Source of the DNA: Clostridia bacterium
Lineage (GTDB): Bacteria > Bacillota > Clostridia > Christensenellales > CAG-138
DNA: 64,000 nt
Assembly: GCA_030533005.1 (NCBI GenBank)
Contig: JAUNJX010000007.1
Span: forward strand, 1,166 to 65,165
Direction: 5' to 3'
Below, one piece after another: positions 9,907 through 20,401 of this stretch (position 1 is its first letter; each line of letters starts with the position of its first letter). The notes under the pieces are model-generated. The model was given only the letters and a program-made list of their open reading frames with translations, was not told the origin of the DNA and made no database searches. Both the position numbers and the translations under genes were made by a program.

Positions 9907-11021
9907 TGCCTTCCATGGAAAATAAACCCAAGGCGACAGCCGCCGGAAAGCTTCCCGCTGCGCTGCTGGGGCTTGCCAAGCACCAGATATTCATCCCGAT
10001 CGCGGCGCTTATGATACTCATACTCTTTAACCTGATCGCCGACCCCTCCTTCTTTACGATCACGCTCGACCAAAACAGCGCGGGCGATCCGGTGTATTCA
10101 GGCTATCTGATCACGATACTCGACAACGCCTCCGAGCTTGCCATACTCGCCATCGGCATGACGCTTGTGACGGCCGCCTCCGGCGGACAGGACATCAGCG
10201 TGGGCTCCGCGATCGCCATCAGCGGCAGCGTGGTGCTGCGCGTGCTGTGCGGAACCAATTCGCGCCCGGATACCCTGCAAACACCCATCATCGTCGCGTT
10301 CCTCGTCTGCTGCGTGGTGGCGATGCTCTTTGGCGCGTTCAACGGGGCGCTCGTCGCCTTCTTCAAGATACAGCCCATGGTAGCGACGCTCATTCTCTTT
10401 ACGGCGGGTCGTTCCATCGCCGCGTGGATCAACAACAACGAGCTGCCCATCATCAGCGACGCGGCGTTTGGCTACTACGGCAACTTCATTCCCGGCATAC
10501 CCGTCCCGACGCCCATCTTCATCGCCATCGCCTGCATGCTCGTGATCGCGCTGGCGCTAAAGTTCACCAACCTTGGCCTCTACACGCAGTCCGTCGGCAT
10601 CAACGCCGAATCGTCAAGGCTCAACGGCATCAATCCGACCTGGGTCAAATTCATCACCTATGTGATTTTGGGGCTTTGCGTGGCGGTTGCAGGCTTCATT
10701 AAGGTAAGCCGCTTCTCCACCATCAACTATTCGGTCGTGGCAAAGGACATCGAGATGGACGCGATCCTCGCCGTCGCCCTTGGCGGCAACGCGCTAAGCG
10801 GGGGCAAGTTCAACATGTCCGCCTCCATTCTGGGCGCGTACGTTATCCAGTTCCTCACGACCACCTTGTTCAAGTTCAACGTCGTCTCAAGCGCGCTGCC
10901 CGCGTATAAGGCTGTCGTGGTCATCCTTCTGGTCGTTTTAAGCGCGCCCATCGTCAGGGACAAGATCTCGCAGCTCTGGAAAAAACGCACGCCCGCAAAA
11001 ACAGTAAAGGAGGCGAACTAG
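9906..11021 (+). CDS. Sugar ABC transporter permease
   Basis: Hydrophobic; LAIGMTLVTAASGGQDISVGS, AILAVALGGNALSGG. Confidence 0.92.
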   Translation: MPSMENKPKATAAGKLPAALLGLAKHQIFIPIAALMILILFNLIADPSFFTITLDQNSAGDPVYSGYLITILDNASELAILAIGMTLVTAASGGQDISVGSAIAISGSVVLRVLCGTNSRPDTLQTPIIVAFLVCCVVAMLFGAFNGALVAFFKIQPMVATLILFTAGRSIAAWINNNELPIISDAAFGYYGNFIPGIPVPTPIFIAIACMLVIALALKFTNLGLYTQSVGINAESSRLNGINPTWVKFITYVILGLCVAVAGFIKVSRFSTINYSVVAKDIEMDAILAVALGGNALSGGKFNMSASILGAYVIQFLTTTLFKFNVVSSALPAYKAVVVILLVVLSAPIVRDKISQLWKKRTPAKTVKEAN

Positions 11022-11022
11022 G

Positions 11023-12054
11023 ATGTCTCTACGCAATAACAAGGCGCTAAGGAATCTTTCCGACACCAATTTGCTCCTTTTCATCACCATCGTCGTGTTT
11101 TTCGTCATGTACGGCTGTGCGGTCGTGTTCCTTGGCTCCGGCTTTTTAAAGCCGCAGACCTTCTTCAACATCCTCAACGAGAACGCCGCCCTCATCATAC
11201 TCTCCTGCGGCATGAGCCTCGTCATGATCACCGGCGGCATCGATATATCCGTCGGCATGGTGACAGCACTCGTGTGCATGAGCTGTGCGGTGCATCTTGA
11301 CTATAACGGCGGCAGCGTTCCTACGGCGATATTGCTTGCATTGTTCGTCGGCCTCATGTTCGGCCTCGTGCAAGGCTTTTTGATCGCCTATCTGGAGATA
11401 CAGCCCTTTATCGTGACGCTTGCGGGCATGTTCTTTGCAAAAGGCATGACCACCATCGTCAACGCCACCCAGTTCAACGTGGAGCATGAGGCATTCAAGG
11501 CGCTAAAGGCCACGCGGATCACGGTTCCGGGCATGGGCTCCCTCAACAAGCTTGGCAACTATGTGCCGGCCTATGTGGAGATCGGCGTGATCGTGGCGCT
11601 CATCGTCGTCGTGGTGCTGTTTGTGCTTCTCAAATGGGTGAAGCTTGGGCGCAACTTCTATGCGGTCGGCGGCAACAACCAAAGCGCGAACATGCTGGGC
11701 ATCAACGTCAAGCGGACGAAATTCCTGGCGCATCTGCTTTGCGGCCTGCTTGCCGGCATCGGCGGGTTCGTCTACTTCCTGCACGTCGGCTCCGGCTCCC
11801 CCTCGCACGCAAGCGGCGCGGAGATGAACGCCATCGCCTCCTCCATCATCGGCGGCACGATGCTTACCGGCGGCGTAGGCAATATCATAGGCACCTTCTT
11901 TGGCGTGCTGTCGCTTAGCACCATCAAGAACATCGTATCCTCGCTGGGGCTGGACGAAGCATGGTGGACCAACATCACCGTGGCCGCCATGATATGCCTG
12001 TTCCTTCTTATCCAAAGCGTCGTTTTGTCGCGCAAGAACAAACGAAAGCTGTAA
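11023..12054 (+). CDS. Sugar ABC transporter permease (YjfF-like)
   Basis: GMSLVMITGGIDISVG, GRNFYAVGGN, AIASSIIGGTMLTGGVG. Confidence 0.92.
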   Translation: MSLRNNKALRNLSDTNLLLFITIVVFFVMYGCAVVFLGSGFLKPQTFFNILNENAALIILSCGMSLVMITGGIDISVGMVTALVCMSCAVHLDYNGGSVPTAILLALFVGLMFGLVQGFLIAYLEIQPFIVTLAGMFFAKGMTTIVNATQFNVEHEAFKALKATRITVPGMGSLNKLGNYVPAYVEIGVIVALIVVVVLFVLLKWVKLGRNFYAVGGNNQSANMLGINVKRTKFLAHLLCGLLAGIGGFVYFLHVGSGSPSHASGAEMNAIASSIIGGTMLTGGVGNIIGTFFGVLSLSTIKNIVSSLGLDEAWWTNITVAAMICLFLLIQSVVLSRKNKRKL

Positions 12055-12070
12055 GCAGGCAGGAAAACAC

Positions 12071-12099
12071 AAAACGCTCCGATTTTTCGGGGCGTTTTT
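12071..12099. terminator. Bidirectional intrinsic terminator
   Basis: AAAACGCTCCG-loop-CGGGGCGTTTTT between convergent genes. Confidence 0.75.
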
Positions 12100-12108
12100 C
12101 TTTGCAGC

Positions 12109-12633
12109 CTATTTTTCCCGCGCGCCGCTGTCGCACGCTTTATTGACGGTCTCCTCCACGAGTGCCTGAAACGCCTTCCCTTTCTCCTTTAGGTCGCCCG
12201 ACAGACCCTCCGCCCGGCGCATGATCGTCTGCAAGGTTCCTATATCCTGCCGTATGAACAGCTCGCACAAATACCGTTTCATGCGCCCGTTGTTGTAGCG
12301 TTCCAGCGCCACGGTGAGCATATCGGCTCGCTTTTCATAGTCCCGATACCACGCTTCCAGCCCCTGCGCGGCGACCGTCCCACAATTGCGCAGCTTTGCG
12401 TGATCCGTATTGAAATCACGAAAGTCGCTCATTTTCCCCAGCCTTGCGCAAGGGAAATCGCCGCACTGCCCGCAGTGGAGCAGCTGCTTTTCCCTGCAGC
12501 AATGGTGCACCTTGCAAGGATCCGTGTAATAACCGTCATGCGAACAGCCCGGGCATCTGCTCGTCCCCGCCGCGCAATAGCGCGGGCACAGCGCGCAGGG
12601 CATCCCGCAGTAACCGTATGCGTATGCCGTCAT
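12109..12633 (-). CDS. Cys-rich DUF3795-like protein
   Basis: CGMPCALCP...CPGC...CKVHHCC...HCGQCGDFPC pattern. Confidence 0.75.
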   Translation of the reverse strand: MTAYAYGYCGMPCALCPRYCAAGTSRCPGCSHDGYYTDPCKVHHCCREKQLLHCGQCGDFPCARLGKMSDFRDFNTDHAKLRNCGTVAAQGLEAWYRDYEKRADMLTVALERYNNGRMKRYLCELFIRQDIGTLQTIMRRAEGLSGDLKEKGKAFQALVEETVNKACDSGAREK

Positions 12634-12655
12634 GCTTCAAGCCACCTCGCGTTTC

Positions 12656-13564
12656 TTAAGCCTTTTCTGCTTCGCTTGCCTGCCGCTCGCGCCGCAAGCC
12701 CAGATAATTTTCCACAACCACGCACACCAGAATCACCGCAGCCCCCGCCAAACCCATAAGCCCCAGCCGTTCCCCCAGCAGCAAAAAGGAGAACAGCGCC
12801 GTAAGGACGGGCTGCGTGCATTGGAGCAATGACACCGCCGAGGCGGAAAGGCCGCTCAACGCCACGTTTTGCAGCACATAGGCAAGGCAGGAGCAGATCA
12901 GCGCCAGATACAGCACCACAAGCCACGCCTGCGGTTCCACGCGGCCAAGCGCCGCAACATCGTCAAAGCAAAGCGCGGCGGCTACGCTGATGATGGCTGT
13001 CACGCCGGTTTGCGCCGCAGCCATGGCAACGGGTCCCAGGCGTGTGATGGAACGCTCCGAAAGCACCAGCGTCCCGGCGATAGACAGGGCGCACAGAAGC
13101 GAAAGCGCCTCGCCCAAGCCAAAGGTAAACGTCCCGCCGCCGCAGCAGAGCATATACAGCCCCGCCACAACGGCAAGCTGCACGGGCAGAGAGCGAAAGG
13201 GATATTTCCTTTTAAGCAGGAATACGGAAAGTATAGGCGCAAACAGCACCGGCAGCGACATCAAAAACCCCACGTTGGTCGCGGTGGTCAGTCCCAACGC
13301 GAGATTGCAGGATATATACGCAACGGCCATGCAAAGGCTGTTGGGCAGCCATGCCCCAACACCTGCCGCGCGAAGCTGTGCCACGGCCTTTTTGCCGCCA
13401 AATGCGAGCAGCAGAAGCGACGCCAGCGTAAAGCGGACAGCCAGACACCACAAAACGGTGATGCTCGCAAAACCCACCTTGGTAAGCGGATTGCCCAGCC
13501 CGTAGACCACGCTTTGCAGCAGTATACAGGCGATATAGAGCCACTTCCTGTCCGTTTTTTGCAT
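12656..13564 (-). CDS. DMT/EamA family transporter
   Basis: About ten TM helices in two repeats; C-terminal QPVLTALFSFLLLGE. Confidence 0.88.
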   Translation of the reverse strand: MQKTDRKWLYIACILLQSVVYGLGNPLTKVGFASITVLWCLAVRFTLASLLLLAFGGKKAVAQLRAAGVGAWLPNSLCMAVAYISCNLALGLTTATNVGFLMSLPVLFAPILSVFLLKRKYPFRSLPVQLAVVAGLYMLCCGGGTFTFGLGEALSLLCALSIAGTLVLSERSITRLGPVAMAAAQTGVTAIISVAAALCFDDVAALGRVEPQAWLVVLYLALICSCLAYVLQNVALSGLSASAVSLLQCTQPVLTALFSFLLLGERLGLMGLAGAAVILVCVVVENYLGLRRERQASEAEKA

Positions 13565-13678
13565 GAAAGCATCCTCGTTTTGCTAATTTTTTATATCATA
13601 TCATATTCGTTTCGCCATATCTACAGCGCAAAATGGCCGAAGCTTATAATTTTTCCTGCCTTGCCGGCCAATACAAAA

Positions 13679-13709
13679 ATGCCGCCGTGTGGGGTACACA
13701 CAGCGGCAT
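13679..13709 (-). terminator. Intrinsic terminator after serA
   Basis: ATGCCGCCGTGTG...CACACAGCGGCAT stem next to a plus-strand A-tract (U-tract on the minus strand). Confidence 0.7.
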
Positions 13710-13728
13710 CTGCTGTTTACCTTTTCGC

Positions 13729-14637
13729 TTATTTTACGAAGCCCTCGATGATGTCCACGATCTCCGCGCCGATGCGCTTCTGCGCTTCCTTGGTGGCAGC
13801 GCCGATATGCGGCGTGCAGGAAACGGCAGGATGGCTGTAGAGCGCCTTATTCTTGGCGGGTTCCTCCGCGTACACGTCCAGACCTGCCGCGCGAACCTTG
13901 CCGCTGTCCAGCGCCTCAATCAAGGCAGCCTCATCCACGTTGTTGCCGCGGGAGGTGTTGATGAACACCACGCCGTCCTTCATCTTGGCGATGGTCTCTG
14001 CATTGATGAGGGGCTTGCCGTCGATGGCGGGGGTATGCAAGGAAATGAAGTCGGACTTTGCGAGCAGCTCGTCCATCTCCACATAGCGCATGGTGTCGCA
14101 CGCCAGACCGTCCACCTTATAGATGTCGTAAGCGAGCACGGTCATGCCCAAACCCTGCGCCATGCGACCCAGCGCCTGCCCGATGCGGCCGTAGCCGATC
14201 ACGCCCAAGGTCTTGCCGCCGATCTCGATGCCCTTGCCGTAAGCCTTCTTTTCCCACTTGTCCTCGCGCATGGTGTGACCCGCGATGGAGATGTAGCGCG
14301 CGCAGGAGAACATGTGCGCCAACGCCAGCTCCGCAACGGAATTGCTGGAAGCGCGCGGGGTATTCTTTACGGTGATGCCGTTTTCCTCGGCATACTTGAC
14401 GTCGATGTTGTCAACGCCCACGCCGCCGCGGATGATGAGCTTAAGCTTGCCGCCCTTGGCCGCGTCGATGTGCTCCTTGCGAACCTTGGTGGCGCTGCGG
14501 ACGACGCAAGCGTCAAAATCCTTGAGTGCCGCACCCAGCTCGGCGGGTTCGTAGAACTGCTCCACAACCTCATGACCCTTCGCCTTCAACGCGGCGATGG
14601 CGTCCTTATCCATACCGTCGGTAATCAAAATACGCAT
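13729..14637 (-). CDS. serA: D-3-phosphoglycerate dehydrogenase (short form without ACT domain)
   Basis: VRSATKV, GVGVDNID, GYGRIG, NTSRG, TPHIGAAT; directly downstream of serC; start set at MRILITDG. Confidence 0.8.
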   Translation of the reverse strand: MRILITDGMDKDAIAALKAKGHEVVEQFYEPAELGAALKDFDACVVRSATKVRKEHIDAAKGGKLKLIIRGGVGVDNIDVKYAEENGITVKNTPRASSNSVAELALAHMFSCARYISIAGHTMREDKWEKKAYGKGIEIGGKTLGVIGYGRIGQALGRMAQGLGMTVLAYDIYKVDGLACDTMRYVEMDELLAKSDFISLHTPAIDGKPLINAETIAKMKDGVVFINTSRGNNVDEAALIEALDSGKVRAAGLDVYAEEPAKNKALYSHPAVSCTPHIGAATKEAQKRIGAEIVDIIEGFVK

Positions 14638-14662
14638 GTCGTTTTTCTCCTTTATGCCTTGT

Positions 14663-15760
14663 TTATGCCTTGTAGTTTGCTTCAAAGTCCTTGAGGAACT
14701 TCACCAGCGCCTCCACGCCCTCCTTGGGCATGGCGTTGTAGGTGGAGGCACGAAGGCCGCCCACGCTCTTGTGACCCTTGAGGTTGTCAAAGCCCGCTGC
14801 CTTGGTGGCCGCCACGACCTCCGCGTCAAGCTCCTTGCTCGCGGTAACGAAGGGGATGTTCATCCAAGAGCGGAACTCCTTCTCCACCGTACCATTGAAC
14901 ATCTGGCTTGCATCCAAGAAATCGTACATGATCTTGGCCTTTTCGATGTTGCGCTTGTCCATGGCCTCCAAGCCGCCGATCTTCTTGAGATACTTGAACA
15001 CCTGGCCGCAGACGTAGATGGACCAGCAGTTGGGGGTATTGTACATGGAGCCGTTGTCCGCGTGCGTCTTGTAGCTGCAATAGGTGGGCACCCAGGTGGG
15101 GAGCTCCGCCGTATCGCGGATGAGATCCTCGCGGATGATGACGATGACCATGCCCGCGGGGCCGATGTTCTTCTGCACGCCGCCGTAGATCATGCCGTAA
15201 TCGGACACGTTGCAGGGCTTGGAGAGGAACATGGAGGACTGATCGGAAACGAGGATCTTGCCCTTGGTGTTGGGCAGCTTCTGATAGGTGGTGCCGTGGA
15301 TGGTCTCGTTCTCGCAGATATATACATAGTCCGCATCGGGGCTGATGGGAAGATCGGAGCAATCGGGGATATAGCTGTAGTTCTTATCCTCGCTGGTGGC
15401 TACCAGATTGATCTTGCCGTACTTCTTGGCCTCCTGATACGCCTTCTTGGACCAGTTGCCCGTCACGATGTAGTCCGCCACGCCGTTCTTCATCAGGTTC
15501 ATGGGGATCATGGCGAACTGCAGCGTCGCGCCGCCCTGAATGAACATGACCTTATAGTTGTCCGGGATCGCCATGAGCTCACGAAGATCCGCTTCCGCCT
15601 CATCGATGATCTTCTGGAAGACCTTGGAGCGATGGCTCATCTCCATCACGCACATGCCGGAGCCTTCGTAATTGAGCAGATTGTCCCTTACGCTTTCCAA
15701 CACTTCCTCGGGAAGTATGGAGGGGCCTGCGGAGAAGTTGTAGATGCGGTCGTACTTCAT
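14663..15760 (-). CDS. serC: Phosphoserine aminotransferase
   Basis: YNFSAGPSILP, EMSHRS, QGGATLQF, GVQKNIGPAG, NTP, GHKSVGGLRAS. Confidence 0.95.
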   Translation of the reverse strand: MKYDRIYNFSAGPSILPEEVLESVRDNLLNYEGSGMCVMEMSHRSKVFQKIIDEAEADLRELMAIPDNYKVMFIQGGATLQFAMIPMNLMKNGVADYIVTGNWSKKAYQEAKKYGKINLVATSEDKNYSYIPDCSDLPISPDADYVYICENETIHGTTYQKLPNTKGKILVSDQSSMFLSKPCNVSDYGMIYGGVQKNIGPAGMVIVIIREDLIRDTAELPTWVPTYCSYKTHADNGSMYNTPNCWSIYVCGQVFKYLKKIGGLEAMDKRNIEKAKIMYDFLDASQMFNGTVEKEFRSWMNIPFVTASKELDAEVVAATKAAGFDNLKGHKSVGGLRASTYNAMPKEGVEALVKFLKDFEANYKA

Positions 15761-15989
15761 TGTGGTTTCTCCTTTGTTATCTGTTTTTTTAGGTGTGTTT
15801 TTCATCATTTCGTGTGGAACTGCTAACGTCTTTATTATAGCCCATACGCTATAGGAAATACAATATGTCTTATTTAATAAACTTATATATTTTGTACGCC
15901 ATACAAAAATTTTGTTTCCGCAGAAAATCCAAGACGGATCAGCGTTTTTTGCTAGTGCTTTTCCCCTGCGCGTGTGCTATATTTACCTT

Positions 15990-17168
15990 ATGAATAATGA
16001 AGAACTGCGTTCCGCCTTTTGTGCGCTGTACGGGCCCGGCCCCGTGCGTTTGTTCAAGTCCGCCGCACGCATCAATCTGATTGGCGAGCATATCGATTTC
16101 AGCGGGGGACTTGTTTTTCCCGCCGCCGTAGCGCTTCGTTCCGCCTGCGCCCTGCGCGAGCGCAGCGACGGGCTGATCCATCTTGCCTCCACCTCCTGCA
16201 CGCACCGCGTGGAATGCAGGGTGGACGATTTGGATGGGCACAGCGATCTGCCATGGGGCGGTTATCAGCTTGGCATGCTCTGCCTTATGCAGCGCGAAGG
16301 CTATACCATCACCGGCATGGACATGCTCTTTGACGAGACCGTGCCGCACGGGGGCGGCCTTTCCGCTTCCGCCGCCATCGAGCTGGCTACGGGCATTGCA
16401 GCCGCGACGCTATCCAATGAAAAATCCGGCACGCCGATAGACCGCGTGGCGCTTGCCAAGCTCGGGCAGCGCGCGGAAAACGAATATATGGGCATGAACT
16501 GCGGCATTATGGATCAGTTCGCCTCCGCCATGGGCAAAAAGGGGCAGGCGATGCTATTGGACACGGCGGCCGTCACCTGCGAATACGCGCCGGTGGATTT
16601 GGAGAAGGACGGCCTCTGCCTTTGCATCATGAACACCAACAAGCCGCATAATCTCGTAAACTCCCCTTATAACGCGCGCCGCGCAGACTGCGAAGCCGCC
16701 TTGGCGGATATTCGGGCGATTCGCCCCTTGGAGCACCTTTGCGATCTAAGCCCGGCGGAATTTGAAACGGTAAAGCATGCCATCAAAACGGAAAACGGGC
16801 TCAAGCGCGCCACGCACGCGATCTACGAAAACCAGCGCACCAAGGACGCATATCAAGCGCTGTGCGCCGGAGATATGCAGGGCTTTGGAAAAATATTGGT
16901 CGAGGGGCACGCCTCCATGCGCGATCTTTACGAGGCGACAGGGCCGGAGCTCGACGCCATCGTGGACGCCGCTTTGGCGCAGGAGGGCGTGCTGGGCGCG
17001 CGCATGATGGGCGGCGGCTACGGCGGCTGCGCCATAGCGCTTCTCAGGGAGGAGAAGCTCGAAGCCTTCAAGGAAGCCGTAGCAAAAGCCTATACCGCGA
17101 AAACCGGCTTTGTACCCATCTTTTATCCCGCCCATATCGACGACGGCGCGATGGAGATCGTCGAATAA
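15990..17168 (+). CDS. galK: Galactokinase
   Basis: RINLIGEHIDF, GGGLSASAA, CGIMDQ, GARMMGGGYGGC. Confidence 0.92.
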   Translation: MNNEELRSAFCALYGPGPVRLFKSAARINLIGEHIDFSGGLVFPAAVALRSACALRERSDGLIHLASTSCTHRVECRVDDLDGHSDLPWGGYQLGMLCLMQREGYTITGMDMLFDETVPHGGGLSASAAIELATGIAAATLSNEKSGTPIDRVALAKLGQRAENEYMGMNCGIMDQFASAMGKKGQAMLLDTAAVTCEYAPVDLEKDGLCLCIMNTNKPHNLVNSPYNARRADCEAALADIRAIRPLEHLCDLSPAEFETVKHAIKTENGLKRATHAIYENQRTKDAYQALCAGDMQGFGKILVEGHASMRDLYEATGPELDAIVDAALAQEGVLGARMMGGGYGGCAIALLREEKLEAFKEAVAKAYTAKTGFVPIFYPAHIDDGAMEIVE

Positions 17169-17182
17169 GTAGGCAACGGCAC

Positions 17183-17219
17183 AAAAAAGGGCGTTCCCCG
17201 CATCGGGGGACGCCCTTTT
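17183..17219. terminator. Bidirectional intrinsic terminator (galK / trpS)
   Basis: AAAAAAGGGCGTTCCCCG-CAT-CGGGGGACGCCCTTTT. Confidence 0.85.
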
Positions 17220-17244
17220 CAACGCTTTTGTGTTTTTCGCCTTT

Positions 17245-18234
17245 TTATCCGTGCAGACCCACGCGATCGTACACCGCGCGCAGCGTTTGGTTCGCGTGCT
17301 CGCGTGCGCGCGCCGCGCCGCTTTGTATCATCTGGTTGAGATACGCCTGATCGTCAAGCAGGCGCTGGTATTCCTTCTGCACTGGCGTAAGCTCGTCGAT
17401 CACGGCCTGCGCGACCTCGGTTTTCAGGCTGCCGTAGCCCTTGCCCGCAAAGCTTTGCACCGCATCCTCCATGCTTAGCCCCGTAAAGGACGTGAAGATG
17501 GAAAGAAGGTTGGATACGCCCGGCTTGTTTTCGGGATCGTAGCGAATTTCGCCGTCGCTGTCCGTCACGGCGCGCTTGAATTTTTTGAGGATCACGTCCG
17601 GCGCGTCCATGATGGCGACGAAGCCGTTGGGATTGGAATCGGACTTGCTCATCTTCTGCAAGGGATCCTGCAAGCTCATCACGCGGCCGCCGAATTTGGG
17701 TATAAAGCCCTCCGGCACCTTGAAGGTCTCGCCGTAGGCGTTGTTGAAGCGGATGGCGATGTCGCGGGCGATCTCGATATGCTGCTTCTGATCTACGCCC
17801 ACCGGCACCAAATCCGTCTGATACAGCAGAATGTCCGCCGCCATCAGCACGGGGTAGGTGAACAGACCCGCATTGATGTTGTCCGCATGCTTGGCGCACT
17901 TATCCTTATACTGCGTCATGCGGTTCAATTCGCCCATGTAGGTGTTGCAGCACAGTACCCAGTTGAGCTCCGCATGCGCGGATACCTGCGACTGGATGAA
18001 CAGCGCGGATTTTTCAGGGTCGATGCCGCACGCGATCAGCAGCGCCACGGTCTCCATAGACCGGCGGCGGAGCGCTTCGGCGTCCTGCCGCACGGTGATG
18101 GCATGCATATCCACCACGCAATAATAGCAAAAACGATCCTCGCCCTGGAGCAGCGACCAGTTGCGCAGCGCCCCCACATAATTGCCTAACGTCGGCGAGC
18201 CCGACGGTTGGATGCCGCTGAATACATACTTCAC
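17245..18234 (-). CDS. trpS: Tryptophan--tRNA ligase
   Basis: FSGIQPSG, TLGN (HIGH equivalent), YPVLMAADIL, VPVGVDQKQH, KMSKS. Confidence 0.97.
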   Translation of the reverse strand: MKYVFSGIQPSGSPTLGNYVGALRNWSLLQGEDRFCYYCVVDMHAITVRQDAEALRRRSMETVALLIACGIDPEKSALFIQSQVSAHAELNWVLCCNTYMGELNRMTQYKDKCAKHADNINAGLFTYPVLMAADILLYQTDLVPVGVDQKQHIEIARDIAIRFNNAYGETFKVPEGFIPKFGGRVMSLQDPLQKMSKSDSNPNGFVAIMDAPDVILKKFKRAVTDSDGEIRYDPENKPGVSNLLSIFTSFTGLSMEDAVQSFAGKGYGSLKTEVAQAVIDELTPVQKEYQRLLDDQAYLNQMIQSGAARAREHANQTLRAVYDRVGLHG

Positions 18235-18389
18235 TGTCGTTACCTCCTTTTTACAAAAATCGTTTATGTATACGCTTTACGCATCCCGAACATTATAAAC
18301 CTTTGTCGCACGCTTGGCAACGGTTCACATTGCATGTGGAACAGAAAAATGGTATCATGGGCATAGAATTTTCACGATGGGGGTATAGG

Positions 18390-20015
18390 ATGTCCTATCA
18401 GGCGCTGTACCGCAAATACCGCCCCGCGACCTTTGATGCGGTCGTCGGGCAGGATCATATCACCACCATACTCAAAAATCAGGTGCAGTCGGGGCATATC
18501 GCCCACGCGTACCTGTTTTCCGGCACGCGCGGCACGGGCAAAACCACCACGGCGCGCATATTCGCCCGCGCCATCAACTGCCTTGACCCGCAAAACGGCG
18601 AGCCCTGCGGCAGGTGCGAGGCGTGCCTCGTGTCCGCCTCCGACAACGCGGACATCATAGAGCTGGACGCGGCCTCCAACAGCAGCGTGGACGATATCCG
18701 CTCGCTCGTGGAGAAGGCGCGCTATACGCCGCTGCAGCTTAAGACCAAGGTCTATATCATCGACGAGGCGCATGCGCTTTCCAGCTCCAATCAGGCGTTC
18801 AACGCGCTGCTAAAGACGCTGGAGGAGCCGCCCGCCCATGTCGTGTTCATACTCGCCACCACGGAGCCGCAGAAGCTCCCCGCCACCATACGCTCCCGCT
18901 GCCAGCGGCTGGATTTTCACAGGCTGCGCGTGGCGGACATGACGGCGCTGTTACGGGATGTGCTGCAAAAAAGCGGCGCTTCTATCGAAGAAGAAGGACT
19001 TTTATCCATCGCCCGGGCTGCCGACGGCGGCATGCGCGACGCGCTCTCCTTGGCGGATCAATGCCTCGCCTTTTGCGGGGATACCGTTTCCGCGCAGGAC
19101 GTATATCGAGTATTGGGCAGCATGGACAGCGATTTTCTTTATCGCATCGCGGACGCGCTGATAACGGGCGACGCCGCTGCGGCGCTGACGCTGCTCGATC
19201 AGGTCATACGCGACGGGCGCGACCTTACCGTGTTCACCCAGGACATGGCCCGGCACATGCGCGCGCTGCTCATCACCAAGGTCTGCGGCGAATCGGCGGA
19301 GCTGTTGGACTGCACGCCCGACGACGCGCACCGTTATACGGAGCAAAGCGCCGCCTGCGGCGAAGCATGGCTTTTATACACACTAGAGCAGCTTTCCGCC
19401 GTGCAGGCGGAGCTCAAATGGCTCACCACCCCGCGCGCGCGGATCGAAAGCATGCTGGTGCGCATCGCGCGGCCGGATCAGGCGCGCTCACTGGACGATC
19501 TTACCGCACGTTTGGACGCGTTGGAGCAGCGCAGCCAAGCAGCGCCGCGTCCAAGCGTCTCCCCCGCGCCACAGCCCGCCGCACAGCAGGCCGCCCCGGA
19601 GGAAGCGCCGCCGTGGAACGACACGCCGCCCATGGAGGATGCGCCCCCATGGGATAACACGCCGGAAGCTGCAAAGCCCGCGCCCAAAGCGCCGCCCAAG
19701 TCGAAAACGGCGCCCGTGAAAGCTGCGGGAAGCGACGCAAAGAACAAATGGAGCGCCGCGCTGGAAGCGCTCAAAACAGCCGATATGATGCTTTTCGCCA
19801 TGGCGCGCCACGCCGCGGCGGAGGAGCGGGACGGGCATGTGCTGCTGCGCTTTGAAAAGGATATCTATGTAGACGCGGTCAAAAAGAACCACGAAAAGAT
19901 CGAAGCGCTGCTGGGCTGCCCCATCGTGGTGGAGCTTCGCGGCGCAAGCGCGCAGGAAACGCCCGAGGCGCGCGCGCGCGCCCTCTTTGGCGATACATTG
20001 AAAATCACAGACTGA
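18390..20015 (+). CDS. dnaX: DNA polymerase III subunit gamma/tau
   Basis: MSYQALYRKYRP, GTRGTGKTT, ELDAASN, IIDEAH, TIRSRCQ, GGMRDALS. Confidence 0.96.
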   Translation: MSYQALYRKYRPATFDAVVGQDHITTILKNQVQSGHIAHAYLFSGTRGTGKTTTARIFARAINCLDPQNGEPCGRCEACLVSASDNADIIELDAASNSSVDDIRSLVEKARYTPLQLKTKVYIIDEAHALSSSNQAFNALLKTLEEPPAHVVFILATTEPQKLPATIRSRCQRLDFHRLRVADMTALLRDVLQKSGASIEEEGLLSIARAADGGMRDALSLADQCLAFCGDTVSAQDVYRVLGSMDSDFLYRIADALITGDAAAALTLLDQVIRDGRDLTVFTQDMARHMRALLITKVCGESAELLDCTPDDAHRYTEQSAACGEAWLLYTLEQLSAVQAELKWLTTPRARIESMLVRIARPDQARSLDDLTARLDALEQRSQAAPRPSVSPAPQPAAQQAAPEEAPPWNDTPPMEDAPPWDNTPEAAKPAPKAPPKSKTAPVKAAGSDAKNKWSAALEALKTADMMLFAMARHAAAEERDGHVLLRFEKDIYVDAVKKNHEKIEALLGCPIVVELRGASAQETPEARARALFGDTLKITD

Positions 20016-20031
20016 CGGAGGACACAAAACA

Positions 20032-20367
20032 ATGGCAAAAGGCGGATTTCCCGGAATGGGCGGTGCAAACATGCAGCAGATGATGCAAAAGGCGCAGCGG
20101 ATGCAGCAGGAAATGGCAAAGCTGCAAGCGGAGCTTGAAACGCGTGCATTCACGGCGACCGTAGGCGGCGGCGTGGTCACGGCGGTGGCGTTGGGAAACA
20201 AGACGCTCCAATCCATCAAGATCGACCCGGCCTGCGTCGATCCAGACGATGTGGAAATGCTAGAGGACTTGGTGGTAAGCGCCGTAAACGAGGCGCTGCG
20301 CACGGCGGATGAGACCGTGAGCACGGAAATGAGCAAGATCACGGGCGGTATGAACCTTGGATTCTAA
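20032..20367 (+). CDS. ebfC: YbaB/EbfC nucleoid-associated protein
   Basis: MQQMMQKAQRMQ, DPDDVEMLEDLVVSAVNEAL; located between dnaX and recR. Confidence 0.93.
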   Translation: MAKGGFPGMGGANMQQMMQKAQRMQQEMAKLQAELETRAFTATVGGGVVTAVALGNKTLQSIKIDPACVDPDDVEMLEDLVVSAVNEALRTADETVSTEMSKITGGMNLGF

Positions 20368-20401
20368 AATGCCCCGCTGTGAATGAAGGACGGCCTCTTT
20401 T

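Noticed and set aside
18235-18389. T-box leader for trpS (also checked glnS and gltX)
   Set aside because: The intergenic regions are short and no GGTGGNACCGCG T-box motif or terminator was found.
18966-18973. AAAAAAG as an E. coli-type dnaX -1 frameshift site
   Set aside because: The heptamer is out of the required A-AAA-AAG frame (it reads CAA AAA AGC) and lies inside the ATPase core.
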